Assembly: GCA_041946735.1 (NCBI GenBank) | Contig: JBHGAY010000025.1 | Location: 9,249 to 73,248 of the forward strand | Length of the DNA: 64,000 nucleotides | Direction: 5' to 3' | DNA from: Candidatus Eiseniibacteriota bacterium | GTDB taxonomy: Bacteria > Eisenbacteria > RBG-16-71-46 > CAIMUX01 > VGJL01 | Shown here: positions 53,263 through 63,103 of the stretch, in pieces | Layout of the letters: every line of letters begins with the position of its first letter | How positions within the stretch are numbered: the stretch's first letter is position 1 | Made by a program: the position numbers and the translations under genes | The notes under the pieces: model-generated | What the model was told of the DNA's origin: nothing | The model's input: the letters and a program-made list of their open reading frames with translations, nothing else | Databases searched by the model: none

Positions 53263-54204
53263 CTACCACCCGGCCCTACCTGCGGCATACGTCGAGAAGT
53301 GTGGGAGACCGACCCGGAGCAAATCCCCCGATAGCTCCGCGCCCTCGTCGATCCAGGAATCGGTCGCGGGGTCGTAGAGGAAGATGCTCCAGTCGAGATA
53401 CGGATCCGTATCCAGGCCGTGCAGATCCATCTCGAGCTGCACCGGAATGTTGAAGACGATTCCGTGGGGTTCGAGCTCGCACATCAAGTATCCATTCCCG
53501 GGGTCGCGCACCGTGATGTAGGTGTCTTCGTCGAGAGCGCCGGACGGAATCCGAACGGTGCAGCGGTGAAACTTCACGTCTCCGCCGCGTCCCGCACGAA
53601 TCAGCTCCGTCTGGTGCCCAGGCCCCGAGAGCCAGTGAACGAACTGCATCTGGTCACCCGGAACCGCGTTCCGCTCGCCCAGGCCGTACTCGCCTAGCTC
53701 TCTCGCGTACGCGGTCACGCGGTCCCCATCGCGATACGTGGACATCGCGGTCCACCGGCCTTCGTCCCGGAGGAGCATCGCGAGGTTGCGGATCTTGCGG
53801 TAGTCGCTCTTGGCTTCGAGGTGCTCGATCCGCACGGTGACGGGATAGCGCAAGGAGACATTGGCGGGCGCGATCGCGAACTGCACCCGCTCGTCGTCGG
53901 TGAGGCTCAGGGTGAACGTCACCGGCCGACTCAAGGCCCCCCATGGGAACCGGATGCTGATCTCTCCGACGCTGATCTCGCCGCCGGTGACGCCGATCGT
54001 CTTCGTCGTCGACCTCTCCCCGAGGGGAACGGCGAGCGGAGAAGGAGAGCGGAGCAGGGCAGGCGCGCCCGAGGAGCCGCGCGGGTCCTGTGGAGCAATG
54101 GAGTCGTCCGTGGAGCACCCGGCGAGGATCACGCCGAGAACTCCCGTGGCGACTGTCAGGAGGACGAACAGAGAAGGATGATGATGCTTGTGTCGCTTCC
54201 GCAT
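53263..54204 (-). CDS. Lipoprotein with two ZU5-like domains
   Basis: Lipobox ILAG-C; two units TIGVTGGEI...IRFPWGAL...TFTL and IRAGRGGDV...VRIPSGAL...YITV; LEPHGIVFNIPV; ends LPHFSTYAAGRAGW. Confidence 0.75.
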   Translation of the reverse strand: MRKRHKHHHPSLFVLLTVATGVLGVILAGCSTDDSIAPQDPRGSSGAPALLRSPSPLAVPLGERSTTKTIGVTGGEISVGEISIRFPWGALSRPVTFTLSLTDDERVQFAIAPANVSLRYPVTVRIEHLEAKSDYRKIRNLAMLLRDEGRWTAMSTYRDGDRVTAYARELGEYGLGERNAVPGDQMQFVHWLSGPGHQTELIRAGRGGDVKFHRCTVRIPSGALDEDTYITVRDPGNGYLMCELEPHGIVFNIPVQLEMDLHGLDTDPYLDWSIFLYDPATDSWIDEGAELSGDLLRVGLPHFSTYAAGRAGW

Positions 54205-54526
54205 GTCTCACCTCTGGGGGTCCCTGGCTCCATTGCCTCGAGGACCTGCCTGCGAGGTGGCCGCATCCATGCCATGTTGGGCGGCTTTCCCCCTGCGATC
54301 CGGCAACGAGCGGAAAATGAGCGGCATGCTGGATCGCGCCTCGCCGGTGCCGCCGTCGTTCCGCGCACAAGCGGAAGACGATCATGCAGAATCGAAGGGC
54401 TTCGAGTGGCGCTGGTGGTCCCAACGCGTTCGACGAGAGCCGATTGCGCGGAAAGGGCTGAGACGGGCCAACCGGGTCGGATTTCCCGCGCGGCTACGTC
54501 CGGACCGCCGTCGCTCGCAGGAGTGA

Positions 54527-56008
54527 TCAGGAGATCTCGCGCGCGAGTGGCTCCCCGAACTCCCGGACGATGGAAACGAGCAGGTCGACATCCTCCGGAC
54601 CGGTTCGCCAGTTGGCGATCGCGGGACGGAAGGCGGTGCGGCCGGCGTAGCGTGTCGTGCCGACCAGGACCCGGCCATCACGAAGAATCGCCTCGCCCAG
54701 CCTCGCGTTGAGGCGATCGAGCGCCGCGTCTGCGAGCGCCCGGCCGGCGGGGCGGTAGCGGAAGCACACGATGTTCAGCGGCACGTCGGCGAGCCGTTCC
54801 AGGTCGGGCGCCTCGTCGACCCGCCGGGCGAGATGCTGCGCCAGGTCGAGGTGGCGCTCGACGATCGCGCGATGCCCGGCCTTGCCGTAGGCGCGCAGCG
54901 TCGCCCACACGGCGAGGGAGCGGGCCCGGCGCGATGACTCCGGTCCGACGGCGCCCATCGTCGGGTGCGGATCGTCGGGCTTCGGAAGGTAGTCGGCGGT
55001 GTAGGCGAAGGACTTGGCCAGAAGCTCCGCGTCGCGAACGAAGGAGAAGCCGCAATCGTAGGGGACGTTCAGCCACTTGTGCCCGTCGACCGTGACGGAG
55101 TCGGCGCGGTCGACGCCGCGCACGCGCTCGCGGACACGGTCGGAGAGGGCCGCGAAGAGCCCGAACGCGCCGTCCACGTGAAGCCAAGCTCCGTAGCGGT
55201 GAGCGAGATCGGCCATCTCCTCGATCGGATCGAACTCTCCGGCGTTCACCTCTCCCGCAATCGCGATCAGGACCGCCGGCTCCCCGTCGAGGGAGCGCAG
55301 GCCCGCTTCCACGGCGTCGAGGTCGATGCGTCCTGTCGCGTCGCTGGAGCAGATGCGCACGCTCTGCCGCCCGATTCCCAACAACGCCAGGCAGCGCCGG
55401 TCGCTCGCGTGCAGGTAGCCGCTTGCGAAGACCGGCAACTGCGGCAGGCCGGTCAGTCCCCGCTCGGAGATGTCGGCGCCATAGCGTTCTCCCCACCACT
55501 GGCGCGCGGCTGCAAGTCCGACGAAGTTCGCCATGCTCGCTCCGGTCGTCATCACGCCGGACCAGCCGGCCGGCAGGCCGAATAGCTCCTTCAGCCAGGA
55601 GAGGCTCAGGAGCTCCAGTTCCACGGCAAGGGGCGAGGTGACCCAGGTGTAGGCCATCTGGTCCATGCTGCTTGCGAGCCAGTCCGCTCCGATCGCGGCC
55701 GGTGTGGCGCCTCCGATCACGAAGTGGAAGCAGCGGGGACCCGAGGTGTTCGCGACGGCCGGGCTTCCCTCCTCGATCAACTGGCGAAGAGCGGCCACCG
55801 CTCCGATGCCCTCCTCCGGAAGCGGGTGCCGAAAGCCGGCGAGCGCCGATCCGGCCGCTGGGGAGAGGACCGGCTGTGCGTCGAGCCGGGCGAGATACGA
55901 CGACGCCTCTTCGGCGACGAGACGCAGGACCTCCTCGACCTCTTCGCGGGCCGGGAACGTGCGCAAGGCGGCGGGCGGCCGCGCGAGCGGGCGAGCGCGA
56001 TCGATCAT
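54527..56008 (-). CDS. PLP-dependent decarboxylase (group II, aromatic amino acid decarboxylase-like)
   Basis: GPRCFHFVIGG, TTGASMANF, WLHVDGAFG, DGHKWLNVPYDCG, ESSRRAR, LNIVCFR. Confidence 0.92.
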   Translation of the reverse strand: MIDRARPLARPPAALRTFPAREEVEEVLRLVAEEASSYLARLDAQPVLSPAAGSALAGFRHPLPEEGIGAVAALRQLIEEGSPAVANTSGPRCFHFVIGGATPAAIGADWLASSMDQMAYTWVTSPLAVELELLSLSWLKELFGLPAGWSGVMTTGASMANFVGLAAARQWWGERYGADISERGLTGLPQLPVFASGYLHASDRRCLALLGIGRQSVRICSSDATGRIDLDAVEAGLRSLDGEPAVLIAIAGEVNAGEFDPIEEMADLAHRYGAWLHVDGAFGLFAALSDRVRERVRGVDRADSVTVDGHKWLNVPYDCGFSFVRDAELLAKSFAYTADYLPKPDDPHPTMGAVGPESSRRARSLAVWATLRAYGKAGHRAIVERHLDLAQHLARRVDEAPDLERLADVPLNIVCFRYRPAGRALADAALDRLNARLGEAILRDGRVLVGTTRYAGRTAFRPAIANWRTGPEDVDLLVSIVREFGEPLAREIS

Positions 56009-56306
56009 CTTCTTCGGTCCTCCTGATCTCTTCCGGCCCGGGCGCCGGGCGCGAGCGAGGCCTTCGGGCAGCCGGCCGCGCGGTCGCGCGAGGCGGGCAA
56101 GGACGGGCGAGGTAGGCGAGGGCGGGCACGGCCACCTCCCTTCCGCTTCCCGCCGCCCGAGGAACGCAGGAGGGTACGTCCCGGCCCCGCTTGACGGAAG
56201 GCGATCATTCGTCGCCCCAGGCTGCCCTTCCGCCTTGCGACACCGGAAGGAACGGGGGTACGAATCGAGCGAGGTTCGGGCGGGAGACAGGCAGGAAAGA
56301 GGAGAC

Positions 56307-56843
56307 ATGCAGGCGGACGTCGAGATCGTCCTGGGATCGATCGTCGAGCAGGAAGTCGACGCGATCGTCAATGCGGCCAACACGCAGATGATCATGGGAA
56401 GCGGCGTCGCGGCGGCGATTCTCGCCGAGGCGGGGACGGAAGTGGAGGAGGAGGCAATGGAGCAGGCGCCCGTATCCGTTGGCGACGTCGTCGTCACCGG
56501 TCCAGGCAACCTCCCCGCCCGGCATGTCCTCCACGTCGCCGTCGTCGGTGATGTCCCGCCCGATATCTACGAGTGCACGTGGAACGTCCTCGAGAAGGCG
56601 AGCGAGATGGAGCTGGAGAGTCTCGCGATCCCGGCGCTCGGCACCGGCAGCGCCGGCGTCTCCGTCCGGGAGTCGGCGCGCGGAATCTGCACCGCGATCG
56701 CGGACTTCCTCGCGCAGGAAGAGACGAGCCTCCGGGAGATCCGGATCGTCCTGTGGGAGGATGAGCGGTTCGATCGTTTCGAGCGCGCGCTGCGGCGCGC
56801 GATGCGCCGCGCCGCTCACCCTCGCGACGACGGCCTCGACTGA
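56307..56843 (+). CDS. Macro domain protein
   Basis: AGGAG RBS; VDAIVNAAN, MGSGVAAAI, VVVTGPGNL, VLHVA, AIPALGTG. Confidence 0.92.
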   Translation: MQADVEIVLGSIVEQEVDAIVNAANTQMIMGSGVAAAILAEAGTEVEEEAMEQAPVSVGDVVVTGPGNLPARHVLHVAVVGDVPPDIYECTWNVLEKASEMELESLAIPALGTGSAGVSVRESARGICTAIADFLAQEETSLREIRIVLWEDERFDRFERALRRAMRRAAHPRDDGLD

Positions 56844-56865
56844 ACGTCAGCCGACGTCCGTCAGG

Positions 56866-56946
56866 CCCCACCCTACCGCTCCAGTCTCCGCGCTACCGCT
56901 CAGCCCCCACGCTACCGCTCAGTCCCCACGCTACCGCTCAGTCCCC
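56866..56946 (+). repeat. About four tandem copies of a 19-nt unit (CCCCACGCTACCGCTCAGT)
   Basis: Two exact and two degenerate contiguous copies with no spacers; overlaps the nei stop. Confidence 0.85.
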
Positions 56947-57742
56947 CCGCTTCGTCCGGTTGACACGCGGCGCACCAGTAGGTCGAGCGGTTCGTTCTTC
57001 CGATCCTCGCGTACCGTATCGGCCGCCCGCAGCGGAAGCAGGGAAGCGAGAGCCTGTGGTAGACCCATAGCCGCCCCTCGGTCCCTTCCCCCGCAAAGCG
57101 CGTGACGCGCGGGCCCGCCCCGACGTTCCGTTGCAGCAGATCGCGCGCCGTGCCGTAGAGGCGGCGGATCGTTTCATCGTCGAGCGCGGCGAAGGTGCGC
57201 CGCGGCGCGATCCCCTCCAGGAAGAGAACCTCCGACTTGTAGACGTTGCCGATCCCCGAGGCTACGCGCTGATCGAGGAGCAGATCGGCCGCGGTCGCGT
57301 CCGGATCGACGAAGCGCCGCGCGCGCGCCACGACGCGATCCAGATCGAGCTCGGGGGCGAGCAGGTCGGGACCGATCCGCGTCTCGATCTCCCGCTCGCG
57401 CACGCTGCCACGCCGCACGCGCTCGACCTCCTCCGCGTCGAAGCAGACGTACACCTCCCCCTCCGTCTCGAGGACGATCGAAGCCCGGGCGGGACTGAGT
57501 CGCCATCGCTGCCCGCTCGGGTACCGGTGCCAGGAGCCGTGCATGCCGAGATGGCTTCGGAGCCAGGTGCCGTCGTCGAGGGAGAAGAAGAGGTGCTTGC
57601 CGTGGACACGGACCTCCTCGATCCGGCGCCCGGCAAGGTCGACCTCCGGATGGGCCGCCGCGCGTCCGGCTCGGATCGTCCGGCCGGTGAGCCGGGGCGC
57701 GAGGTAGCCGGCAATCTTGTGGACGGTGTCGCCCTCGGGCAT
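56912..57742 (-). CDS. nei: Fpg/Nei family DNA glycosylase (endonuclease VIII-like)
   Basis: MPEGDT N-terminus, GKHL, HLGMHGSW, LLDQRVASGIGNVYKSE, zinc finger CFRC...WCAACQ. Confidence 0.93.
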   Translation of the reverse strand: MPEGDTVHKIAGYLAPRLTGRTIRAGRAAAHPEVDLAGRRIEEVRVHGKHLFFSLDDGTWLRSHLGMHGSWHRYPSGQRWRLSPARASIVLETEGEVYVCFDAEEVERVRRGSVREREIETRIGPDLLAPELDLDRVVARARRFVDPDATAADLLLDQRVASGIGNVYKSEVLFLEGIAPRRTFAALDDETIRRLYGTARDLLQRNVGAGPRVTRFAGEGTEGRLWVYHRLSLPCFRCGRPIRYARIGRTNRSTYWCAACQPDEAGGLSGSVGTER

Positions 57743-57788
57743 CGTCAGCCCCTCGCGCCCATCCGCAGCAGCCTCGCGCCCATCGTCC

Positions 57789-60700
57789 TCAGCCCTTCAC
57801 GTCGATCAGCCCGCGGTAGCTGGGCTCGAAGCCGGCCCGTCGCAGGAGCGCGAGGTAAGGCGACGCGTGGTAGGGCCGGCCGTCGATCTCCTCGATGCGC
57901 AGGCGCCGGCGTCCGCCGCGCGGCGGCAGGCGCCGCAGCGCCGGCAGCACGACGGGCAGGACCTCCTCGACCGGACGGCCCGGGAACGGAAAGACGAGGA
58001 TCTGCTTCGCGCGGGGAGCGACGTAGAGGACCGGCCGTCCCGAGAGGAGCAGCACGTCCGCCCCCGCGACGCGCCGCGGCCTCGCCGACTCGGCCTCGGC
58101 GTACTCCGGCCAGGGTAGCAACGCCCCGTACGGGTTCGCCGGATCGATCGCCGACAGCACTCGAACGTCGGATTCCGTGTAGGGACGGTCCGGCTCCTCC
58201 GCCGACCGCGCCGCCCGCAGCCGGTCGACCGCTCCCGCGTGCGCGAACTGCGAGCCCGAGAGACCCTCCACGAAGTAGCCACGACGAATCTTCCCCGACT
58301 CCTCCATGGCCTGGTAGACGCGGTAGAGCGACGAGAAGCCGCCGGGAAGATCCTCGGCCTGCGCCGCCTCGCGGCTCACGATGCCATAGCGCTCGAGGAG
58401 CGTCCGCGCCTGCGCGAGCGCGCGCTCCGTCGGCGCCGGCGGCGGCTCGGGCGGCAGCAGCGACTCGACGCGCGACCACCGTCCCCCCTGGATGGGGATC
58501 GAGCGGCCCCGGCGGCGCGGCAGCCGCCGCTCCGGCCAACGCATCTCTTCGAGCGGCGCGAAGGTGTCGTTGGTGATCCTTCCCGCCCAGGCGAGATCCC
58601 AAAGCGCCGCCTCGAACTCCTCTGAGGTCGGCGGTGCCAGAGGGACCGGCGAATCGGGCGGACCCCCGCGAGCGAGCGCCCACTCGATCTCGCGCGCGAA
58701 CGAGGCGCCGCGCCGATCGAGGATCGCGAGGATCGCGTCGTGCAGCGGTGTGCTCTCCGGTCCGCCTTCGCCGACGACCTCGGCCGCCCCGCTCCAGAGA
58801 TCGGCGACGTGCTCCCGCAGGTAGAGCGCGACCCGGCCGTCCCGTGGCCCGAGCGCGCCGCGTCCGATCCATACGATCGCTCCGGCGGCCGAGAGGCGGT
58901 CGAGCGCCTCCACGCGGAAGCCGCTGACCCGCTGAGGCAGGATCACGTCGCACAGCTCGGACCAGGGAAGCGCGAGCCCCTCGAGCTGGCCGATCGCTTC
59001 GAGCAGCCGTTCCGCCCCCCCTTCTTTCGATCCCACTCCTTGCCATTCTGGAAGGAAGAGCGCGAGTGCGGAGGCATCGACCGGCGCGACCTCGTGGCGC
59101 AGCCGGGCGAGCGTCCGGCGCTTGAGCCGCCGCAACACCTCGGCGTCGCACCAGTCCAGCTCGGTCCCCCCAGGCCGGATCTCTCCGCGCACGAGAATCC
59201 CCCGCCGCTCCAGATCGGCGAGAATCGGCTCGACCTGTGCCGGCCTCAAGGCATAGCGGCCGGCAAGCTCCCGCGTGAGGAACGGGCCTCGATGGCGCGC
59301 GAAACGCAAGACGATCTGCTCGAGCGCGCGCTCGACCGGCTCGAGGAAAGCGGCCGGCAGTCCGCTCGGCGGCATCGTTCCGAGCGCATCGCGGTAGAGT
59401 CCCGCCTCGTCGGCGACGACCCAGCGGCTCTCGCCCGCCATCGTCACACGGATCGCGCGGCGCGCGGCGGACAGCTCGGCCAGCCAGCCGTCCCGGTCCC
59501 CGTCCGTTCGCTCCGCGATCTCCGGCTCCGTCAAGTCGCCGAGACGGCGCAGGAGGTCGTGCAGCGCGTCGGCGTCGCGAGCGCGGCGATCCGGAGCCCG
59601 CTGCTGCAGCTCCTCGACCAGCTCCTCGAGCGCCCGCGGATCGAGCAGCTCGCGCAGCTCCGCCTGGCCGAGCAGCTCGCTCAACAGATTCCGATCGACG
59701 GTGAGCGCCTGCGCCCGGCGCTCCGCGATCGGTCCGTCCTGCTCGTACATGTACGCCGCCACGTAGGCGAAGACGAGTGAGCGCGCGAACGGCGAAGCGG
59801 ATCGCGTCTCGACCTCGCGCACCGCGACCTTGCGCATTCGAATGTCGCCGAGAAGCTCCTGCAGCGCCGGAAGGTCGAACACGTCGCGCAGCGCCTGCCG
59901 GTAGGTCTCCAGGACGACGGGGAAGGCCGGAAAGCGCCGAACGCTTGCGAGGAGCTGCTCCGACTTGATTCGCTGCGCCCAGAGGGGATTTCGTTGCGTC
60001 GGGCGGCGCCGCGGCAACAGGAGCGACCGGACGGCGTTCTCGCGGAACAGCCCGGCGAAGAGGGCGGTGTCGGCGAGCTGATCGGTGATCGCCGCTTCCA
60101 CTTCCTCCGGAGACGGGAGAAGCGACTCGAGCTCGGGGAGCGATTCGGCATCGGCGAAGCGCAGGACGATGCCGTCCTCCGAATAGAGGATCTGCGTCTC
60201 GAATCCTGCCTCGCTCGAGAGCCGCCGTTGAATCGCCATCGCCCAAGGCGCGTGCACGCGCGCGCCGAACGGCGTCAGGATGCAGAGGCGCCAGTCTCCC
60301 AGCTCGTCGCGGAACCGCTCGACCAGGATCGCCCGGTCCGTCGGCACCGATCCGGTGTGGTCGATCTGCTCGTGCACGTACGCGGCGAGGTTCTGCGCCG
60401 CGAACGGATCGAGCGGCGTGCGCTCCTGGATCCAGCCGGCCGCCTGCTCGCGCGGCACGCGCGACAGATCACGCAGGAACGCGCCGATCGTGCGGCCGAT
60501 CTCGATCGGACGTCCAGGCCCTTCGCCTTTCCAGAATGGAAGCCGGCCCGGCTCTCCCGGCGACGGGGAGACGATCACGCGATCGCGCGTGATCTCCTCG
60601 ATGCGCCAGGTCGTCGCGCCAAGGAGGATGCGATCCCCCTTGCGGGACTCGAAGACCATCTCCTCGTCCAGCTCTCCGACGCGTGGCCCCTTCTCGCCGA

Positions 60701-62327
60701 GATGCACCGGGAAATGGCCCCGATCGGGGATCGTCCCCGGGTTCATCCGCGACACCAGGGCGGCGGCGCGACGGGCGCTCAGCGTGTCGCGCGCGCGGTC
60801 CCACGCGAGGAGCGGGCGCAGGTCGGCGAAGTCGGCCGACGGGTAGCGCCCGGAGAGCATGTCGAGAACCGACTCGAGCGCGCCGCGCGTCAGCTTCGCG
60901 AACGGCGAGGCGCGATGCACGATCCGCTCGATCTCCTCGACGGTCCGGTCGCGGTCGATGCAGATCGCGACGATCTGCTGCGCGAGGACGTCGAGGGCAT
61001 TTTGCGGGACGTGCATCGTCTCGATCTCCCCCTCGAGCATCCGGGCGGAGATGACGGCCGCCTCGAGGAGATCGCCGCGGTACTTCGGGAAGATCCGCCC
61101 CACGCTCGTCTCGCCCACCTTGTGGCCGGCGCGTCCGACCCGCTGCAGCCCGCGGGACACGCTGCCCGGAGACTCGACGAGGATCACGAGGTCGACGGCT
61201 CCCATGTCGATCCCCAGCTCGAGGGAGCTGGTCGCCACAATGCCGCGGAGCGTCCCGCTCTTCAATCCCTCCTCGATCTCGCGCCGCTTCTCGTGCGACA
61301 CGCTCCCGTGATGCGCTCGCACCAGCTCCTCTCCGGCCAGATCGTTGAGCCGCTGGGCGAGGCGCTCGCACAGACCGCGGCTGTTCGTGAAGACGATCGT
61401 CGATCGGTTCGCGCGGATCGCGTCGAGAATCTCCGGGTAGATCGCCGGCCAGATCCCGCGCTCCTGCGAGGGAGTGTGGAGTTTGCGGTCGTAGAGCTCG
61501 GCGAGGATCGGTCCCCCCTCGTCCTCGATCACCGCCCGATCGCCGGTGCCATCGCCGTCGCCGTCCCCGTCGGCTCCGCGGCCGGCGGGCCGGAGCGCGG
61601 CTGGCGCCGGGACGTTGGTCATGTCGGGGACCGGGACACGGACGAGCAGGTCGAGCTTCGGGGGCGTCGATGCGTCGACGATGGATACGGAGCGATCGCC
61701 GCCGAGGAAGCGGGCGATCTCCTCGAGCGGACGCACTGTGGCCGAGAGACCGATCCTCTGGGGATCGCGAGCGGTCAGCTCCGACAGGCGCTCGAGCGAG
61801 AGCGCGAGGTGCGTCCCCCGTTTGGCCGGCGCGAGCGCGTGCACCTCATCGACGATGACCGTCTCCACCGTCGCGAGCGTCGCTCGAGCCTGCGATCCGA
61901 GAATCAGGAAGAGCGACTCGGGGGTCGTGACGAGGATCTCGCCCGGCTCTCGCGCGTGGCGTTGGCGCTCCCGCTGCGGCGTGTCCCCCGTGCGGACGCT
62001 CACGCGGATCGGAGGCAGCTCCAGGCCGAGTCGCTCGGCCGTCCGCTGGATCCCGGCAAGCGGCGCGCGGAGGTTGCGCTCGATGTCGTAGACGAGCGCC
62101 TTCAGCGGGGAGACGTAGAGGATGCGCGTGCCGGGAGGCGCGGAGCGGTCACGCTGCGCAAGGCGGTCGATGCCGGCGAGGAATGCCGCGAGCGTCTTTC
62201 CCGAGCCGGTCGGCGCTACGAGGAGGGCATGGCCACCCTGCTCGATCCGCTCCCAGCCGCGCCGCTGCACCTCGGTAGGGGCGGGGAAGGTGGCTTCGAA
62301 CCAGGCGCGCGTGGCGGGACCGAACAT
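57789..62327 (-). CDS. lhr: Lhr ATP-dependent helicase (full-length, with C-terminal extension)
   Basis: APTGSGKT, SPLKAL, TTPESL, DEVH, GLSAT, HHGS, ATSSLELGIDMG, QRVGRAGH, GTIPDRG, NDTFAPL, GRWS, LLERYGIVSR, RRGYFVEGLSGSQFA, DPANPYG. Confidence 0.95.
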   Translation of the reverse strand: MFGPATRAWFEATFPAPTEVQRRGWERIEQGGHALLVAPTGSGKTLAAFLAGIDRLAQRDRSAPPGTRILYVSPLKALVYDIERNLRAPLAGIQRTAERLGLELPPIRVSVRTGDTPQRERQRHAREPGEILVTTPESLFLILGSQARATLATVETVIVDEVHALAPAKRGTHLALSLERLSELTARDPQRIGLSATVRPLEEIARFLGGDRSVSIVDASTPPKLDLLVRVPVPDMTNVPAPAALRPAGRGADGDGDGDGTGDRAVIEDEGGPILAELYDRKLHTPSQERGIWPAIYPEILDAIRANRSTIVFTNSRGLCERLAQRLNDLAGEELVRAHHGSVSHEKRREIEEGLKSGTLRGIVATSSLELGIDMGAVDLVILVESPGSVSRGLQRVGRAGHKVGETSVGRIFPKYRGDLLEAAVISARMLEGEIETMHVPQNALDVLAQQIVAICIDRDRTVEEIERIVHRASPFAKLTRGALESVLDMLSGRYPSADFADLRPLLAWDRARDTLSARRAAALVSRMNPGTIPDRGHFPVHLGEKGPRVGELDEEMVFESRKGDRILLGATTWRIEEITRDRVIVSPSPGEPGRLPFWKGEGPGRPIEIGRTIGAFLRDLSRVPREQAAGWIQERTPLDPFAAQNLAAYVHEQIDHTGSVPTDRAILVERFRDELGDWRLCILTPFGARVHAPWAMAIQRRLSSEAGFETQILYSEDGIVLRFADAESLPELESLLPSPEEVEAAITDQLADTALFAGLFRENAVRSLLLPRRRPTQRNPLWAQRIKSEQLLASVRRFPAFPVVLETYRQALRDVFDLPALQELLGDIRMRKVAVREVETRSASPFARSLVFAYVAAYMYEQDGPIAERRAQALTVDRNLLSELLGQAELRELLDPRALEELVEELQQRAPDRRARDADALHDLLRRLGDLTEPEIAERTDGDRDGWLAELSAARRAIRVTMAGESRWVVADEAGLYRDALGTMPPSGLPAAFLEPVERALEQIVLRFARHRGPFLTRELAGRYALRPAQVEPILADLERRGILVRGEIRPGGTELDWCDAEVLRRLKRRTLARLRHEVAPVDASALALFLPEWQGVGSKEGGAERLLEAIGQLEGLALPWSELCDVILPQRVSGFRVEALDRLSAAGAIVWIGRGALGPRDGRVALYLREHVADLWSGAAEVVGEGGPESTPLHDAILAILDRRGASFAREIEWALARGGPPDSPVPLAPPTSEEFEAALWDLAWAGRITNDTFAPLEEMRWPERRLPRRRGRSIPIQGGRWSRVESLLPPEPPPAPTERALAQARTLLERYGIVSREAAQAEDLPGGFSSLYRVYQAMEESGKIRRGYFVEGLSGSQFAHAGAVDRLRAARSAEEPDRPYTESDVRVLSAIDPANPYGALLPWPEYAEAESARPRRVAGADVLLLSGRPVLYVAPRAKQILVFPFPGRPVEEVLPVVLPALRRLPPRGGRRRLRIEEIDGRPYHASPYLALLRRAGFEPSYRGLIDVKG

Positions 62328-62486
62328 AGTGCCCTGAGCATACCAGCAGCGGCAGATCCTCCGGCGGCGGGGCGGGGCAAGGCAGAGCAGGGCAGAGCCG
62401 GGAAGAGCTGGGAGGAGCAGAGCAGGCCCACGAGCGGCCGGGCAAGGCGACGGAGGACGCCTGCCCGGCCGCCCCGCGGGTCGGGC

Positions 62487-62966
62487 CTAGGCCGCTTCCG
62501 CTCGAACCTCGACCTTCGCTCGGGCGATCCTCTCCAGCACCGCTCTGACGAGCCGGACCGGGACCTCCACGCGGACCGTGTCGTCGGCCGAAAGGACGTG
62601 GATGTGCAGCGATCGCCCCTTCTTCGCGATCGTCACGTGCTCGCGAGGGCTCGTCACGCGCAACAGCTCGAAGTCCTCCCTCTCCGAGATCTGTTCCCAG
62701 GCGGTCTGCGCGATCGGCAGCCAGTCCCGGCCGCTCGTGCGAGCGGGAGCCGCGACCGCCTCGTCGGGGAGCACGGCGAGGGCGGTGGGAACGAGGAACC
62801 CGGGCACGATCAGGTGCACGCGGCTCCCGTGCCTCCCTGCCTCTCGGACGTCGATCCGGACGGTCCCGGCTCGATAGGCCCAGATCCCGAAAGCGGCGGC
62901 CGGAATGCCGACGACGAGGATCAGGGAGATCGAGAGGACGAGGGCCCTCTTCTCGACGGCGGTCAT
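62487..62966 (-). CDS. Hypothetical membrane-anchored protein
   Basis: AAGGAG RBS; N-terminal TM helix; resembles its upstream neighbour (LHIHV...TVRVEVPVRLV). Confidence 0.75.
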   Translation of the reverse strand: MTAVEKRALVLSISLILVVGIPAAAFGIWAYRAGTVRIDVREAGRHGSRVHLIVPGFLVPTALAVLPDEAVAAPARTSGRDWLPIAQTAWEQISEREDFELLRVTSPREHVTIAKKGRSLHIHVLSADDTVRVEVPVRLVRAVLERIARAKVEVRAEAA

Positions 62967-62977
62967 GGTCTACTCCT

Positions 62978-63090
62978 TTCGATTCGATCCGCTTCGACGG
63001 TTTCGATCGGCGTCGATCCGTTTCGATCCGGTTCGTCGTTGCGATCCGTTCGATCGGTGCCGCTCCGATTCGATCGGCGTCGATCTGCGT
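62978..63090 (+). repeat. Degenerate ~10-nt TCGATC-rich tandem repeat
   Basis: ttcgattcgatccgcttcgacggtttcgatcggcgtcgatccgtttcgatccgg... fills the intergenic space. Confidence 0.65.
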
Positions 63091-63103
63091 CCTTCGTTCC
63101 CTC

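Noticed and set aside
54259..54274. Sigma-54 -24/-12 promoter candidate (TGGCAT-N5-CGGC) upstream of the ZU5-like lipoprotein
   Set aside because: The -12 element lacks TTGC, and such GG-N10-GC matches are expected by chance at this GC content. No good match was found near the TPR activator either.
56866..56946. Possible mini-CRISPR array
   Set aside because: 19-nt units are contiguous with no unique spacers, and there are no cas genes in the window.
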